Source: Lysobacterales bacterium (GTDB lineage Bacteria; Pseudomonadota; Gammaproteobacteria; Xanthomonadales; SZUA-5). Taken from it: 64,000 nt of DNA. Shown one piece after another: positions 38,378-49,018 of the stretch (its first letter is position 1; each line of letters opens with the position of its first letter). The stretch lies in NCBI GenBank assembly GCA_022844165.1, contig JALHMH010000008.1:73834-137833 (forward strand), written 5' to 3'. The notes under the pieces were generated by a model. That model was not told where the DNA came from and ran no database searches. It was given only the letters and a program-made list of their open reading frames with translations. The position numbers and the translations under genes were made by a program.

Positions 38378-41314
38378 ATGGACATTAGCGCGGCCCGGCT
38401 GGCAAACATCGGCGAACACTTCGACGCGCTGCTCGATCTCGATGCGGCCGGTCGCGAGGCTTATCTGCGCGATCTAAACGCCGACCCGGCATTGGTGCGG
38501 GAACTTCGCGCGATGCTGGCGGCGGACGCGCAGCCGCTGGATCTGGCGGCCGCCGTGGCGCAAGCGTATGCCGATGTGACGCAACCGATCGGCACGGCGG
38601 AGGACGCGAATCCCGATCCCGCACAGTTCGGCCCGTGGATCGTCCGCGGCGTTCTTGGGCGAGGCGGCATGGGTGTGGTGTATGAAGTCGAGCGCGAGTT
38701 CGAGGGTTCGTGGCAACGAGCGGCGCTGAAGCGCATTCGTGGCGGCGTGGATCGAAGCTCGGCGCTCGCGAGATTCGCCATGGAGCGCAGCATTCTGTTG
38801 CGCCTGCAGCATCGCAACATCGCCGCATTCCTCGACGCGGGCGCTGAGGCCGACGGCACGCCGTGGCTGGTGATGGAACGTATCGATGGTGTTCCGCTGC
38901 TCGATTGGTGCGCACAACGCCAGTGCGGGATCAAGGAACGCGTGCGATTGTTCGCCCAGCTCTGCGAAGCGGTGCAGTTCGCACATCAACACTCGGTGGT
39001 GCATCGCGATATCAAGCCGGGCAACGTACTGGTCGACACGACCGGCACGGTGAAACTGCTGGACTTCGGCATCGCCAAGTTTCTGGGTGAGGCATCGCAT
39101 AGCGTGCTCGCGGTGACAATCGACGGGCCGATGACGCCGCAGTACGCTTCGCCCGAACAACTGCGCGGCCAGCCGGCCAGCACGCTGACCGATGTCTACG
39201 GACTCGGCACCGTTCTCTACGAACTGTTGTCCGGCCAACGGCCGTACGCGCGCGCTGGCGACAGCGCGCCCATGGCCTGCGCCCGTGTCTTGAGCGATGA
39301 GCCCTGTCGTCCTCCCAGTGTTGTTGTGCGCGAGACGCGCGAACTTGGCGGCAGCGTCGATTCGCGCGGGCTGCGTGGCGATCTGGACGCCATCGCGCTG
39401 CGGGCGCTCGCCCGCGAAACCGATCGCCGTTTTGGCAGTGTCGACGCTCTGCTCGACGATCTGCGCCGCTATTTGTCCGGGCATCCGGTTCGCACCCGCG
39501 GTAACGCCTGGCACTATGTGTTCGGTCGCTTCCTGAGCCGGCATCGGGCGGCCTCCGCCGCGGCCGGCGTCGTATTGTTTGCGCTGATAGCCACCAGCAT
39601 CGTTTCCTGGCAAGCGGCCGAGAAGGCGCGTCTGGAAGCCGAACGAGCGGAAGCCGCGCACGCTTTTTTGCTGTCGCTGTTCGACGCTGCCGATCCGATG
39701 CGCGAGGGCTTCAAACTGTCGGCGCTCGATATCGTCTCCGCTGGCGCGCAACGCCTGGCGTCTGGTTATGCCGAACAGCCCGAAGCGCGGGCCGAAGCGG
39801 CACTGACCATCGGCACCATTTTAGGTCGACTGGGTGACGCGAAAGGGGCGGTGGAGCAGCTGGCCTGGGAAGATACGGTGAGCTTGCCGGGCAGCGAGCG
39901 TCGGGCGGGCGATCGTTTGACCTTTCTTGCGCTCGCGCAGTTGCAACTGGGCGAACTGGCGGCAGCCGAAAGCGCCGCCAAGCGCGCACTCGACATCGGC
40001 ACCGCAGCGGATCGACCGATGGCCACGGCGCGGGCGCTGAGCCTGCTCAGCGAGATCGCTCGCCAACGCGGCGATCGACAAACGGCCGTGGCGTTGGGGG
40101 CGCGCGCGGCGTCGTTCGCGCGTCGCAACGAGGCGTTGCCGGAGGCGGTCGATGTCTTGTTCCAATACACCAATGTGCTGCGCGAGAGCGACGACATCGG
40201 CGCGGCAAGAGACGTTGCAGAAGAGGCTATCGCCATCTGCGCGACAGCACCGGTCGCCTGCGGTTATCGATTGCCGAAAGCGCGCATTCAACTGGCGCCG
40301 CTGCAACTCAAGGTGGGCGATATCGATGGCGCCCGAATCGGGCTGGAAACCGCGCTCGCCGAAGCCGAGCAGTGGCTACCGCCCTCGCACCCGATCCGCA
40401 TCGACGCGCTGTCCCTGCTGGCGCGAATCGAGGGTGATCTTGGGCAGCACGAAACCGCCATCGAACACGCCAAAGAAGCGGTCGACCTGCAGCGCAGGAT
40501 CGGCAGCAAAAGCGTTCTCCTGGGCGGTTATCTCAATGCACTGGGCGGGCGCTATTCGGCGGCCGGTCGCGAGCACGATGCGCTCGCCAGTTATCGCGAA
40601 TCGGTGGCGCATTTCGAAGCCATCGGTCAATCCGATCACCCCTACGCGCTGGCGGCGCTCGGCAATCGTGGTTCCGTATTGGCCAGGCTGGCGCAGTATC
40701 CCGACGCCTTGGCCGATTCGGCCGCCGCGTACTCGGCCTCGCAGCGCGTCTCCGGTCCGGAAGCGCTCACCACCTTGGCCAAGGGCGTGCAGCTGATGCG
40801 AATTCGCGCCCAGGCCGGCGAAAAGGATCTTGCCCGCGAACTCGCGCAAACGCTTGCCCAATCGTTGATCCGGCAGCGGCAGCAGGCGCCGATGCTGGTC
40901 GATCTCGCCATCCCAGTGAGCGTATTGCTCGCTGGCGAGGACGAGCACCAGGCGGTGCTGGACCTGTCCGGCCTGGCTCTCGAAGGGCTGCGTTCGCGAT
41001 CGCAACCGCAACCTCTTCGAGAGAGCGAGGTGCTCAGGCGCCAGGCCGACGCGCTGCGCCAGATCGGACAGTTGCCGGCCGCCATCGCCAGCGCAAACGA
41101 GGCGCTCGAACTGGCGCTGGCCGCCGATCCCGATGGCAGCGACCAGCGCACGCCTGCCGCACGGATCGCGCTGGCGCAATGTCTGGCCCAATCGGGCAAC
41201 TTGCCGCGCGCCCGCGAGTTGCTGAGAACCGCCATCGCCGAACTGCGCGCCACCGAAGATGGCGACAGCCCAAGAATCGCCGCCGCGACGGCGTTGCTGG
41301 ATTCGATACGGTAG
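38378..41314 (+). CDS. Ser/Thr kinase with TM and TPR sensor
   Basis: GRGGMG, AALK, HRDIKPGN, DFG, YASPEQ, TM, TPR-like repeats. Confidence 0.93.
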   Translation: MDISAARLANIGEHFDALLDLDAAGREAYLRDLNADPALVRELRAMLAADAQPLDLAAAVAQAYADVTQPIGTAEDANPDPAQFGPWIVRGVLGRGGMGVVYEVEREFEGSWQRAALKRIRGGVDRSSALARFAMERSILLRLQHRNIAAFLDAGAEADGTPWLVMERIDGVPLLDWCAQRQCGIKERVRLFAQLCEAVQFAHQHSVVHRDIKPGNVLVDTTGTVKLLDFGIAKFLGEASHSVLAVTIDGPMTPQYASPEQLRGQPASTLTDVYGLGTVLYELLSGQRPYARAGDSAPMACARVLSDEPCRPPSVVVRETRELGGSVDSRGLRGDLDAIALRALARETDRRFGSVDALLDDLRRYLSGHPVRTRGNAWHYVFGRFLSRHRAASAAAGVVLFALIATSIVSWQAAEKARLEAERAEAAHAFLLSLFDAADPMREGFKLSALDIVSAGAQRLASGYAEQPEARAEAALTIGTILGRLGDAKGAVEQLAWEDTVSLPGSERRAGDRLTFLALAQLQLGELAAAESAAKRALDIGTAADRPMATARALSLLSEIARQRGDRQTAVALGARAASFARRNEALPEAVDVLFQYTNVLRESDDIGAARDVAEEAIAICATAPVACGYRLPKARIQLAPLQLKVGDIDGARIGLETALAEAEQWLPPSHPIRIDALSLLARIEGDLGQHETAIEHAKEAVDLQRRIGSKSVLLGGYLNALGGRYSAAGREHDALASYRESVAHFEAIGQSDHPYALAALGNRGSVLARLAQYPDALADSAAAYSASQRVSGPEALTTLAKGVQLMRIRAQAGEKDLARELAQTLAQSLIRQRQQAPMLVDLAIPVSVLLAGEDEHQAVLDLSGLALEGLRSRSQPQPLRESEVLRRQADALRQIGQLPAAIASANEALELALAADPDGSDQRTPAARIALAQCLAQSGNLPRARELLRTAIAELRATEDGDSPRIAAATALLDSIR

Positions 41315-41515
41315 ATTTCCGCGTCATGAGTGTTGTAGCTGAATCGTGATCCCTTCGTGGAACCGGTGCTTTTCGTCGCCAGGGCAGGCGGCGATGGTAG
41401 CGCAGGTACTGCGACAAATCGGCATCCCCCATTCATGGGACGACACTCAGCAGCGCCGATTGGACAATTTTCCTGTTGCTTTACGCGACGCTTCCTATCC
41501 CTGCTGAGAACAACG

Positions 41516-43489
41516 ATGACCGTGTTATCGATGCTGCGCCGTGGCGCATTGTGCCTGTGTTTTCTCGTATCCATCCCCGGCCAGTCGCATGCCGCGGTCG
41601 ACGAACTGCCCACGCAGGTGCTGGCGTCCATCGCCGCGCGTGAGTACCACGCGAGCGTGCATGCCAACGAACTTCAAGCGCCGAACCGAGCGCAGGGTTT
41701 TCGCACCAGGTTCCGCGACCACGGGGTCGAGCTTGTCGACCGGGATCAGGCGGCGCAGCCGCTGCTTCGCCTGAGCCTCGTGCAATGGGGCCGAGTCGAT
41801 CGCCTGCAGTCGGCCGAACTTGGCGTTCTCATTGCGGATGGGGTTCGCGTCGAACGCCGCAGCAAGTCGCTGACCGAGTGGTATATCAACTCCTCGGACG
41901 GCCTCGAACACGGCTTCGATCTTGCCCACTCGCCGCCCGGTCGCGGCGAACTTGAGTTTCATCTGCAGAGCGATCGTCCAGCGCATCTGGTGCACGCCGA
42001 TCTGATCGAATTCGGCAGTGGCGACGACAAGCTGCGCTATAGCAAACTCAAGGTATGGGACGCTGACGGCCGAATCTTGCCGGCGCACATGCGCGTGAGT
42101 GGTACGCATCGTGTGGTGATCCGTGTCGACGATGCCGGCGCACGCTATCCGGTCACGATCGACCCGCTGCTGCAGCGCGCTGCCGACATCGTCCGCTCCG
42201 GAACCCAGAGCGGCGCTCAATTTGGGGTTCGCATTGCCAACGCCGGCGACGTGAACAACGACGGGATAGACGATTTGGTCGTCGGTGCCTTCCTCTGGGA
42301 CAACGGCCAAACCGACACCGGCGCGGCGTTCGTTTACACCGGTCCGAGTTTCAATAACCCCGTCTTACTGAGCCTGACCCAAGCGGGGGCCGCTTTCGGC
42401 GGCGGCGTCGGCGGTGCCGGCGATTTGAACAACGATGGTTTCGACGATGTCGTGATCGGCTCACCAAGCTTCGATGGCGCCGCAGGCACCAACTCGGGCG
42501 CGGCCTTCGTGTACTTCGGTGGTTCGGGCGCCTTCGATCCCACGGCCGATGCGACCATCAGCTCGCCGTTGTCGGGGGCGAACATGGGCTCTGCGGTGCG
42601 CGGCGTGGGCGATGTGAACGGCGACGGGATCGATGATCTTGCGGTCGGTTTGTCGCGTTACAACCCCGGCGGCAGCCCCGACCAGGGCGCGGTCTTCATC
42701 TACTACGGCAGCACTAATTTCAACTCGACATCGGATGCGTTGCTCACCCTCAACCAGATGTCCGTCAATGCGGGCGCCGCGCTTGCCGGTGGCGATGTCA
42801 ACGACGACGGAGTCTCCGACGTGATCGTTGGAGCGCCAGGTTATGAGTCAACGAGCGCTCTGGTCAATGAAGGCGCGGCGCTGGTGTTCTTCGGGGGCTC
42901 CGGCGCGATCGACACGACGGTCGATGCCATTCTGCGCACAGCCCGGGCCAACGCCGCAGGCGGTAGTTCGGTCGCGACGGGCGACTTCAATGGCGACAAT
43001 ATCGATGACGTGATCTCCGGTGCCCCTCTGAATTCCGTAGCGATCAGCGAAGGCGGGACGGCGCAAATCTGGTTCGGTGGAACCGGTCCCTTCAATACCC
43101 TGGTCGATGTCACGTTTTTCGGCAATGCGGACTCTGAGGACCTCGGTCGTAGCGTCGCCGCCTTGCCCGACTTCAACGGCGACAACCGAGACGAGATTGT
43201 GGTTGGCGCGCCCGGTGCTGCCAACGCCAGCGGGCTGATCAGCGGCGCAGTCAAGCTCTACTTCTCCGCACCGAACGGATTCTCCTCCAACCCCAGCCTG
43301 GTGCTGCTCGGCACACAGACCAGCGACATTTTCGGCACCACAGTGGCGACCGGACGCTTCAACAGCGACGCCCTGTACGACGTCGGCGTTGGCGAGCCTG
43401 GCGTCGACATCAGTCCGGGCGCAAACAATGGTGCCTTCCGTCTCTATTTTGGCCAGAGCAACGATGTCTTTCGAAACGGATTCGAGTAA
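41516..43489 (+). CDS. Secreted FG-GAP (integrin-alpha-like) repeat protein with C-terminal DVFRNGFE
   Basis: Signal peptide, N-domain ending YPVTIDP, about seven GDxNxDGxDDxxxG repeats. Confidence 0.9.
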   Translation: MTVLSMLRRGALCLCFLVSIPGQSHAAVDELPTQVLASIAAREYHASVHANELQAPNRAQGFRTRFRDHGVELVDRDQAAQPLLRLSLVQWGRVDRLQSAELGVLIADGVRVERRSKSLTEWYINSSDGLEHGFDLAHSPPGRGELEFHLQSDRPAHLVHADLIEFGSGDDKLRYSKLKVWDADGRILPAHMRVSGTHRVVIRVDDAGARYPVTIDPLLQRAADIVRSGTQSGAQFGVRIANAGDVNNDGIDDLVVGAFLWDNGQTDTGAAFVYTGPSFNNPVLLSLTQAGAAFGGGVGGAGDLNNDGFDDVVIGSPSFDGAAGTNSGAAFVYFGGSGAFDPTADATISSPLSGANMGSAVRGVGDVNGDGIDDLAVGLSRYNPGGSPDQGAVFIYYGSTNFNSTSDALLTLNQMSVNAGAALAGGDVNDDGVSDVIVGAPGYESTSALVNEGAALVFFGGSGAIDTTVDAILRTARANAAGGSSVATGDFNGDNIDDVISGAPLNSVAISEGGTAQIWFGGTGPFNTLVDVTFFGNADSEDLGRSVAALPDFNGDNRDEIVVGAPGAANASGLISGAVKLYFSAPNGFSSNPSLVLLGTQTSDIFGTTVATGRFNSDALYDVGVGEPGVDISPGANNGAFRLYFGQSNDVFRNGFE

Positions 43490-43565
43490 GTGCGCCGGTG
43501 AAACCGGCGGAGTGCCAGGATGAGAGTCTTCGCCAACAAAGGTGGGATCGAACATCGATTCGGTC

Positions 43566-45059
43566 TCAGCGCGACCCACGGAGCGATTCGTGCGGCCCGC
43601 CGTGTTTACCCTTTGCAGGTGCTCTGTCGGCGCTCATTCTCAGCTCCAGCACGGCGGCCGGCAGGCGTGCGCGCCAGCCCTTTTTGCTGGCGCGCAACTC
43701 GTAGAGTCCGAACGGTGTGACCAGGGCGGCGCGGGTCAGAGTACCGTCGTCGCTGAGGCTGACGATCAGCAGCTTGCCGCCGGGCCAGGCGCGGGCGGTG
43801 GCGAAGGTCGCCGTCAGCGCCGGGTCTGGGTTGAGTATCCCGACGCAACGCCCATTTTCCAGCTCGAATTGCAGCGCGCCTCTGATTTTCGCCTCACCCA
43901 AAGTGCCCTGATAGCGCTGTGCTGGCAGTGGACAACTGCGCTGAACCAAGCGTTTGGGCTGCGGGCGAAATGGCGCTGCGAGCAGCATCGCCGAGCGCTC
44001 GATAGAAGAGACCCAGATGGCATTGGACATCAGACTGACCGCGGCGCGTTCGTCCGGCCAAAGCACCAACCCGGCGCGAGCACCTTCGGCGATACCAGCG
44101 TGATGTGCGATGGCAGCGCCATCCTCGTCGTGGCCGATGCGCCAGCCCAGGCCTACCTGATAATCGCGCTCGCCTGCCAATGTTCCGTCGTTGAGAGCAA
44201 AAGGCTCGCGCATTGCCATCCAGGTATTGGGCGAGACGATCTTGCCTTGCATCAATCTCCCCGCAAAACTGGCGGTTGCCGTGGGCGCTGCCGCCATTCC
44301 GCCGCCGGGTACGGTGTAGCTCATGTCATCGCCTGGCAGCAGGACCGGCGCATCACCATCGATGTTGTACAGCCGCGATACCTGCGCGCCCTTGCCGCTG
44401 GTGTCTTGCAGTACGTCCAGCCCTTGGGTCAGTTCGCGCTGGACGTAGTCGATGTAACTTGTGCCGACCGCTGCCTCGACCACGGCACCGATGAGTGTGT
44501 AGCCCCACGACGAGTATTCGTAACGCGCGCCCGGTTCAGCCCCGAGCGGGCGATCAAAAAACCAACGAACCGCAGCGCGAGCGTTACCGAAGTTCCGTTG
44601 ACCCAGCGCCTGATCGGCATCGATGTAGTGATCCAGTCCCGAAGCGTGGGCCGCGAGTTGGCGCAGGCTGATCTGCGGCCAGCGCGAACCCAGCCAGGGA
44701 AGATGGTCTGCAACGGGTGCATCGAGGTTGAGTTTTCCCTGTTCGGCCAGGCGCGCAATGGCCGTGGCGGCAAAGACTTTCGATACACTCGCCAGGCGAA
44801 ACACGGTGTTGGCCTCGACCGGTAGTCGCGCCTCCCGATCGCGCCAGCCTGCGCATCCGGCCCACACAACCTGGTCGTCCAGCCATATCGCTGCGCCCAT
44901 TCCCGGCACGCCACTGACATCGACCAGGGCCTGCAGCATGCGCTGCGAGCTGCGCCCAGCGGCGCTCGTTTCGCCGTCGCAGGAAGTGCTCTTTGCCGGG
45001 TGCGAGACGCAGAACGAGAACGACAACAGCAAACCGATATGAAATTTCTTGAACAACAT
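43566..45059 (-). CDS. Serine hydrolase (beta-lactamase-related)
   Basis: SVSK, YSS and HAG motifs; signal peptide. Confidence 0.88.
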   Translation of the reverse strand: MLFKKFHIGLLLSFSFCVSHPAKSTSCDGETSAAGRSSQRMLQALVDVSGVPGMGAAIWLDDQVVWAGCAGWRDREARLPVEANTVFRLASVSKVFAATAIARLAEQGKLNLDAPVADHLPWLGSRWPQISLRQLAAHASGLDHYIDADQALGQRNFGNARAAVRWFFDRPLGAEPGARYEYSSWGYTLIGAVVEAAVGTSYIDYVQRELTQGLDVLQDTSGKGAQVSRLYNIDGDAPVLLPGDDMSYTVPGGGMAAAPTATASFAGRLMQGKIVSPNTWMAMREPFALNDGTLAGERDYQVGLGWRIGHDEDGAAIAHHAGIAEGARAGLVLWPDERAAVSLMSNAIWVSSIERSAMLLAAPFRPQPKRLVQRSCPLPAQRYQGTLGEAKIRGALQFELENGRCVGILNPDPALTATFATARAWPGGKLLIVSLSDDGTLTRAALVTPFGLYELRASKKGWRARLPAAVLELRMSADRAPAKGKHGGPHESLRGSR

Positions 45060-45177
45060 GAGTGTGCTCCTCGACCTTTGAGGAGCCGCACTGTAATCGC
45101 ATCAAACCGGCTTGTAGCGAGCAACGCCGTGGGTCGTGCTCGTATTGCGCCGGGACGGTTGGAACCGTGAGTTGTGG

Positions 45178-45903
45178 CTATCCGCGACGCGCGTGCAGCG
45201 ATGCCAGCAGTGCATCGATGTAGCTGCGACTGACGCGCACTGGCGTGCCGTCGTCGAGTTGCAATATCGCATCGCGATTGCTCAGTGGTTTGAGTTCTGC
45301 GATGCAGTCGATGCGCACGATGGCCGACCGGTGGACGCGCACGAAAGATCGTGAGTCCAGCAATTGCGATAGCTCGTGCAGGGTTTGTCGGAGTGGGTGC
45401 GCGCTGTCTGCAGTGTGGAGCGTGGCGTAGTCGCCATCGGCTTCGATCCAACGGATGTCAGCCGTCGCCACGTAGCGCTCACGGCGCCCAACACGGACTG
45501 CAAATCGTCGTGGTGCTGCCGAAGCTTGCGTCGGCGTCCCGAGTTGCCATTGCCAGCGTTGTGTGGCGCGTGCCAATGCTTCGGCGAAGCGCAAGGGATC
45601 GATGGGTTTAAGCAGATAATCGACGGCACCCAGCTCGAAGGCACGTACGGCGAAAGCACTGTGCGCCGTCAGCAGAATGGCCAGCGGACGCACCGCGGGT
45701 GGCAACGCGGCAAGCACCGCCAACCCATCCATGCCCGGCATCGACACATCCAGAAATGCCAGATCCGTGGGCGTTGCGCGTAGCCCCTCCAATGCGGACA
45801 CACCGTCGGTGTACTCAACGACTGCCCGGAGACCTGCCGCAAACAGCTGTGTCAAAATGGCCTTCCGTGCCGGCGCTTCATCGTCGATCACAGCGATGCG
45901 CAT
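45178..45903 (-). CDS. LytTR-family response regulator
   Basis: IDDE, FLDVSMP, DYLLKP, FVRVHRS, VSRSY. Confidence 0.93.
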   Translation of the reverse strand: MRIAVIDDEAPARKAILTQLFAAGLRAVVEYTDGVSALEGLRATPTDLAFLDVSMPGMDGLAVLAALPPAVRPLAILLTAHSAFAVRAFELGAVDYLLKPIDPLRFAEALARATQRWQWQLGTPTQASAAPRRFAVRVGRRERYVATADIRWIEADGDYATLHTADSAHPLRQTLHELSQLLDSRSFVRVHRSAIVRIDCIAELKPLSNRDAILQLDDGTPVRVSRSYIDALLASLHARRG

Positions 45904-46955
45904 CACGCACTCCTGAGGTTCTGCAACGGAATGCGTAGGCGAACGCGGAACTGCGTGCCGTCGTTTAGCGCATGCAGTGATGCGTCGCTCCCGTAAAGTT
46001 GCGTCAGTCGTTTTTGCAGGTTGGCAATACCCAGGCCGCCACCGGTGGCTTTTGACCCCGGCTGCTCCGGCAGATCGTTGGCGATGTCGATCGACAGGCG
46101 GTCCTGTTCCCGCCAGATGCGGACGTGCAACTGCCCGGGCGCGCGACGCAGCGACAAGCCATGCCGAACGGCGTTCTCCAGCAACGGTTGCAGGCACAAT
46201 GTCGGGACGGAGCAATCGAGAAGTTCCTTGCCGAGCTGCCAATCCAGGCGTATGCGAGCGCCAAAGCGGGCCCGTTCGATGTCGAAATAGGACTCGGCGA
46301 GCGATACTTCCGCGGCCAGGCTTTGTGTGGGTTGGCCGCTCAACTCCAGTGTGGCGCGCAACAGATCGCCAAGCCGCGCGAGCATTTGCTGCGCGATTGC
46401 AGCGCGGCCGTCGCCGACTTCGGCAGAAATCGCATTCAATGTGTTGAACATAAAGTGCGGCTGCAGTTGCAGCTGCAGGGCGTGCAATTGCGCTTCCCGA
46501 GTCAATTGTTCGGCCAGTTGCAAACGGCGACGCGTTGCACGCAGGGCCCATGCATGGGCGATGGTGGCATGTAGCGTGGCGAAAGCCAGCAAGCCCAACC
46601 ACGGCGCTTCCAGCCCGCGCCACAACCAGTCCAGATCCAGCACCTGCCTGTGAGATTGCTGCGGCACAAAATGCACAAGCTTAGTAATCAGCACCATGGC
46701 GAATGTCAGTGGCAACAAGAGCAGCCAGGTTCGGCGCACGCTTAAACCGCGACGCCACCAGTGGCGTTGCAGCAGCGCCAGTGGTAGCAGCCATAGCAAC
46801 AGGTTCGTCAGGAATACGGTGCGAGACCAGCTCGCCGCGCCGTAGCCGTAAAGCGGTATCGCCAGAACGGCCATTATCGCTGCCAGCACACCGCCGGCTG
46901 CGATAGGCAGCCACAAGGGTGGCTGTTCGAATGTCGGATCTGACTCGGCGCGCAT
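45903..46955 (-). CDS. LytS-type sensor histidine kinase
   Basis: QLQPHFMFNTLN, LQPLLENAVRHG, GLGIANL; N-terminal TM helices; TGATG coupling. Confidence 0.92.
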   Translation of the reverse strand: MRAESDPTFEQPPLWLPIAAGGVLAAIMAVLAIPLYGYGAASWSRTVFLTNLLLWLLPLALLQRHWWRRGLSVRRTWLLLLPLTFAMVLITKLVHFVPQQSHRQVLDLDWLWRGLEAPWLGLLAFATLHATIAHAWALRATRRRLQLAEQLTREAQLHALQLQLQPHFMFNTLNAISAEVGDGRAAIAQQMLARLGDLLRATLELSGQPTQSLAAEVSLAESYFDIERARFGARIRLDWQLGKELLDCSVPTLCLQPLLENAVRHGLSLRRAPGQLHVRIWREQDRLSIDIANDLPEQPGSKATGGGLGIANLQKRLTQLYGSDASLHALNDGTQFRVRLRIPLQNLRSA

Positions 46956-47088
46956 GCCGCAACTATCGGCGATTCGGCGTTTCGCTGCGAGCAGGGGTGA
47001 CTTTCGTGCGGTGAACCGGTACACCGTCGCGTTCAGTTGGTGGGTTCTTGCGGCGATCGGAGTGAGTGGCACGCGTCCCGTTTCAGGA

Positions 47089-47334
47089 CGCACCGCACGC
47101 GAACAGGCATCGATGGTTTTGGGCTGCAAACCCTTGAGTTTGAGGTGCTTCAGGTGGCACTGATACAGCGCACAAAGCGCTCACGATCTTGCTCGCAGGA
47201 CAAGCCTGTCAAGGTAGTCATTCCTCACGGTTGAAGGCACAATCACTCCCCCGGTCCGCGAAGGAATGCCCGTGAAGGTTACGCCGCAATCCTCATCCCG
47301 AAGACCACTTCTCCGCGTAGCGGCTTCGTTCAAC
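47089..47334 (-). mobile_element. 5'-end remnant (copy A) of the tyrosine-recombinase/IS91-like element
   Basis: Near-identical reverse complement of about 54112-54357, including the recombinase start (HLKHLKLKGLQPKTI); ends GCGGCTTCGTTCAAC on +. Confidence 0.9.
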
Positions 47335-47348
47335 TTTGCGTGTTAGAG

Positions 47349-47792
47349 ATGAAGAGGATGCGCGTACTGTGCAGTGACAACTTCTACCACGACGGCCGCG
47401 GTCCAACGTTGGTCCGTGTTCACTTGGCGGATGGGTCCGCGCACATCGAGGCGATCGACTATCAGCTACCCGATTCGGACGGCGGTCCGGAATTCAGTCG
47501 GCATCTGCTGTTCAGTCGCGCACAGGTGTACATGTTCACGCCCGAAGAGGTGGAGAACTACATGACTGCGCAGTCAGACTGGAGCAAGTCAGATCGTGGC
47601 GCGCTCGTTTCACTCGGCAAAAGCAGCTGGTTGTCATCGTTCAGTCAGCGGCACCTCGAGCGCTGTGAACACTATCGGGCGATGTTCTATGACGAGTTCT
47701 TGGACATTATCTGCGAGGGAATCACCAGCGAGCCCGGGTACTTCATCTCTAACAAAACCATGCAGCCGACGGGCCAGGGCGCGCGCGGCTGA
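47349..47792 (+). CDS. Cassette-encoded hypothetical protein
   Basis: ATG directly after GTTAGAG; ORF reads into the attC. Confidence 0.8.
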   Translation: MKRMRVLCSDNFYHDGRGPTLVRVHLADGSAHIEAIDYQLPDSDGGPEFSRHLLFSRAQVYMFTPEEVENYMTAQSDWSKSDRGALVSLGKSSWLSSFSQRHLERCEHYRAMFYDEFLDIICEGITSEPGYFISNKTMQPTGQGARG

Positions 47793-47807
47793 TGGTTGTC
47801 GTTGGGC
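47747..47807 (+). other. attC site
   Basis: CTCTAAC-5nt-CATGCAGC...GCTGATG-6nt-GTTGGGC. Confidence 0.88.
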
Positions 47808-47860
47808 CCCGCATGCTAGTTCTCGGTAACTCGTCCCATGCTTATTAGGAGTGAATTTGA

Positions 47861-48134
47861 GTGAACGTCTCGGAAAGCGCTCGCTTAGCTATTATGGCCT
47901 CTTTGGAAAATGCTCCATCAGGCTCCTTGCCTGTCTTGGTGGTCGGCTATCGCTATCACGAAGACCAACGCATTCCTTTTGTGGAAATTGAGTTTTATCC
48001 GCCGAAGAGCATTAGCGAGGATTCCTGCAGGTGATGGATTGACCTTTTATGAGGTACTCCCTGATTCCAGCGAATTGATTCGTGATAGAACGCTTCTGTT
48101 TCAGGACGGCAGTTTTCTTCTTTCCACGCAGTAA
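47861..48134 (+). pseudogene. Probable frameshifted cassette gene
   Basis: AGGAG + GTG start (VNVSESARLAIM...) stops at 48034; an overlapping frame continues GDGLTFYEV...STQ to 48134. Confidence 0.45.
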
Positions 48135-48173
48135 GAAGAAAATTTGGTTGAATGGCTGGCAGATTGAAAATGA

Positions 48174-48256
48174 ACTTAACGCTTGTTGGCAACCTGCCAA
48201 AGGTGCGAAGGCGACAGTACCTGCCTCCACGGTCAGGGTTAGCTCGAACGTTGGGC
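48174..48256 (+). other. Degenerate attC
   Basis: Clear right half GGTTAGC-TCGAAC-GTTGGGC; left half ACTTAAC pairs poorly. Confidence 0.55.
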
Positions 48257-48504
48257 TGCGGATTGAGCGTGCGGCTTGATCGCGCTTTGGTCACATCGCG
48301 CAGCGCGTCACCAGCGGCTTATTGCGCTCATCCAGTGGGCGACTTCGCCGCAGCATTCCAGACAACAGCGTCGCGCCATGCCGCGACCCACGGGACACGT
48401 CGCTCTTGTGGGTCGCGCTACAGCGCGACGCTCTTTTCTGTTCCGGTCGGGCAGCGTTTGCCAAACTGTCGACGTCAGGTGCCTAAGTGCACCAAAACAC
48501 CGTA

Positions 48505-48588
48505 GCCCAACAGCAAGCTCAATCGGACCGACGCTCTGCTGGGTTGCTTCGACCAATCATCCCTAAGCGGCGGCCGCTTAGCTCGAAC
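48505..48588 (+). other. attC lacking its R' box
   Basis: GCCCAAC-AGCAA-GCTCAATC...GCTTAGC-TCGAAC, followed by TGGACG instead of GTTRRRY. Confidence 0.7.
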
Positions 48589-48749
48589 TGGACGACTTCT
48601 CGAATCGACTACGATTCGGGTCTCTTTACCGTTCATGCTACCGCGCAGTCCACCATGGCCTACGCGGCGCGACAGTCGGGGGTGCGAGCCAGCTCGGTGG
48701 AGGTCCGGTTAGGGGAAATCTGGGCCACCCTTGCGGATAGTCGATGCTC

Positions 48750-49016
48750 CTAACCAGCGTGGAGTTCCTCCCGGATGATCCGCCTCAGCGTGCGCTCAAG
48801 CGTCCCTTCACTCTCTGCGATGTGCCCACGAAGCACCTCATTGATAAGGGTCTGGTAGTTGCCGCCGCCCACGACGCGACCGCGAAACCACGCCAAAACA
48901 TCTGCATCCAGGCGGATTGTGATGCGTTCTTTCCCCAGGCTCTCGGCCTGCAAGCGCGCAAGCGCTGGGACATCCTTGATGGACCTGGCTCCCGAAAAAT
49001 CGTATTCGTCGCGCAT
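48750..49016 (-). CDS. brnA: BrnA-family antitoxin
   Basis: EYDFS, KERITIRLDADVLAWFR, YQTLINEVLR. Confidence 0.9.
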   Translation of the reverse strand: MRDEYDFSGARSIKDVPALARLQAESLGKERITIRLDADVLAWFRGRVVGGGNYQTLINEVLRGHIAESEGTLERTLRRIIREELHAG

Positions 49017-49018
49017 AT

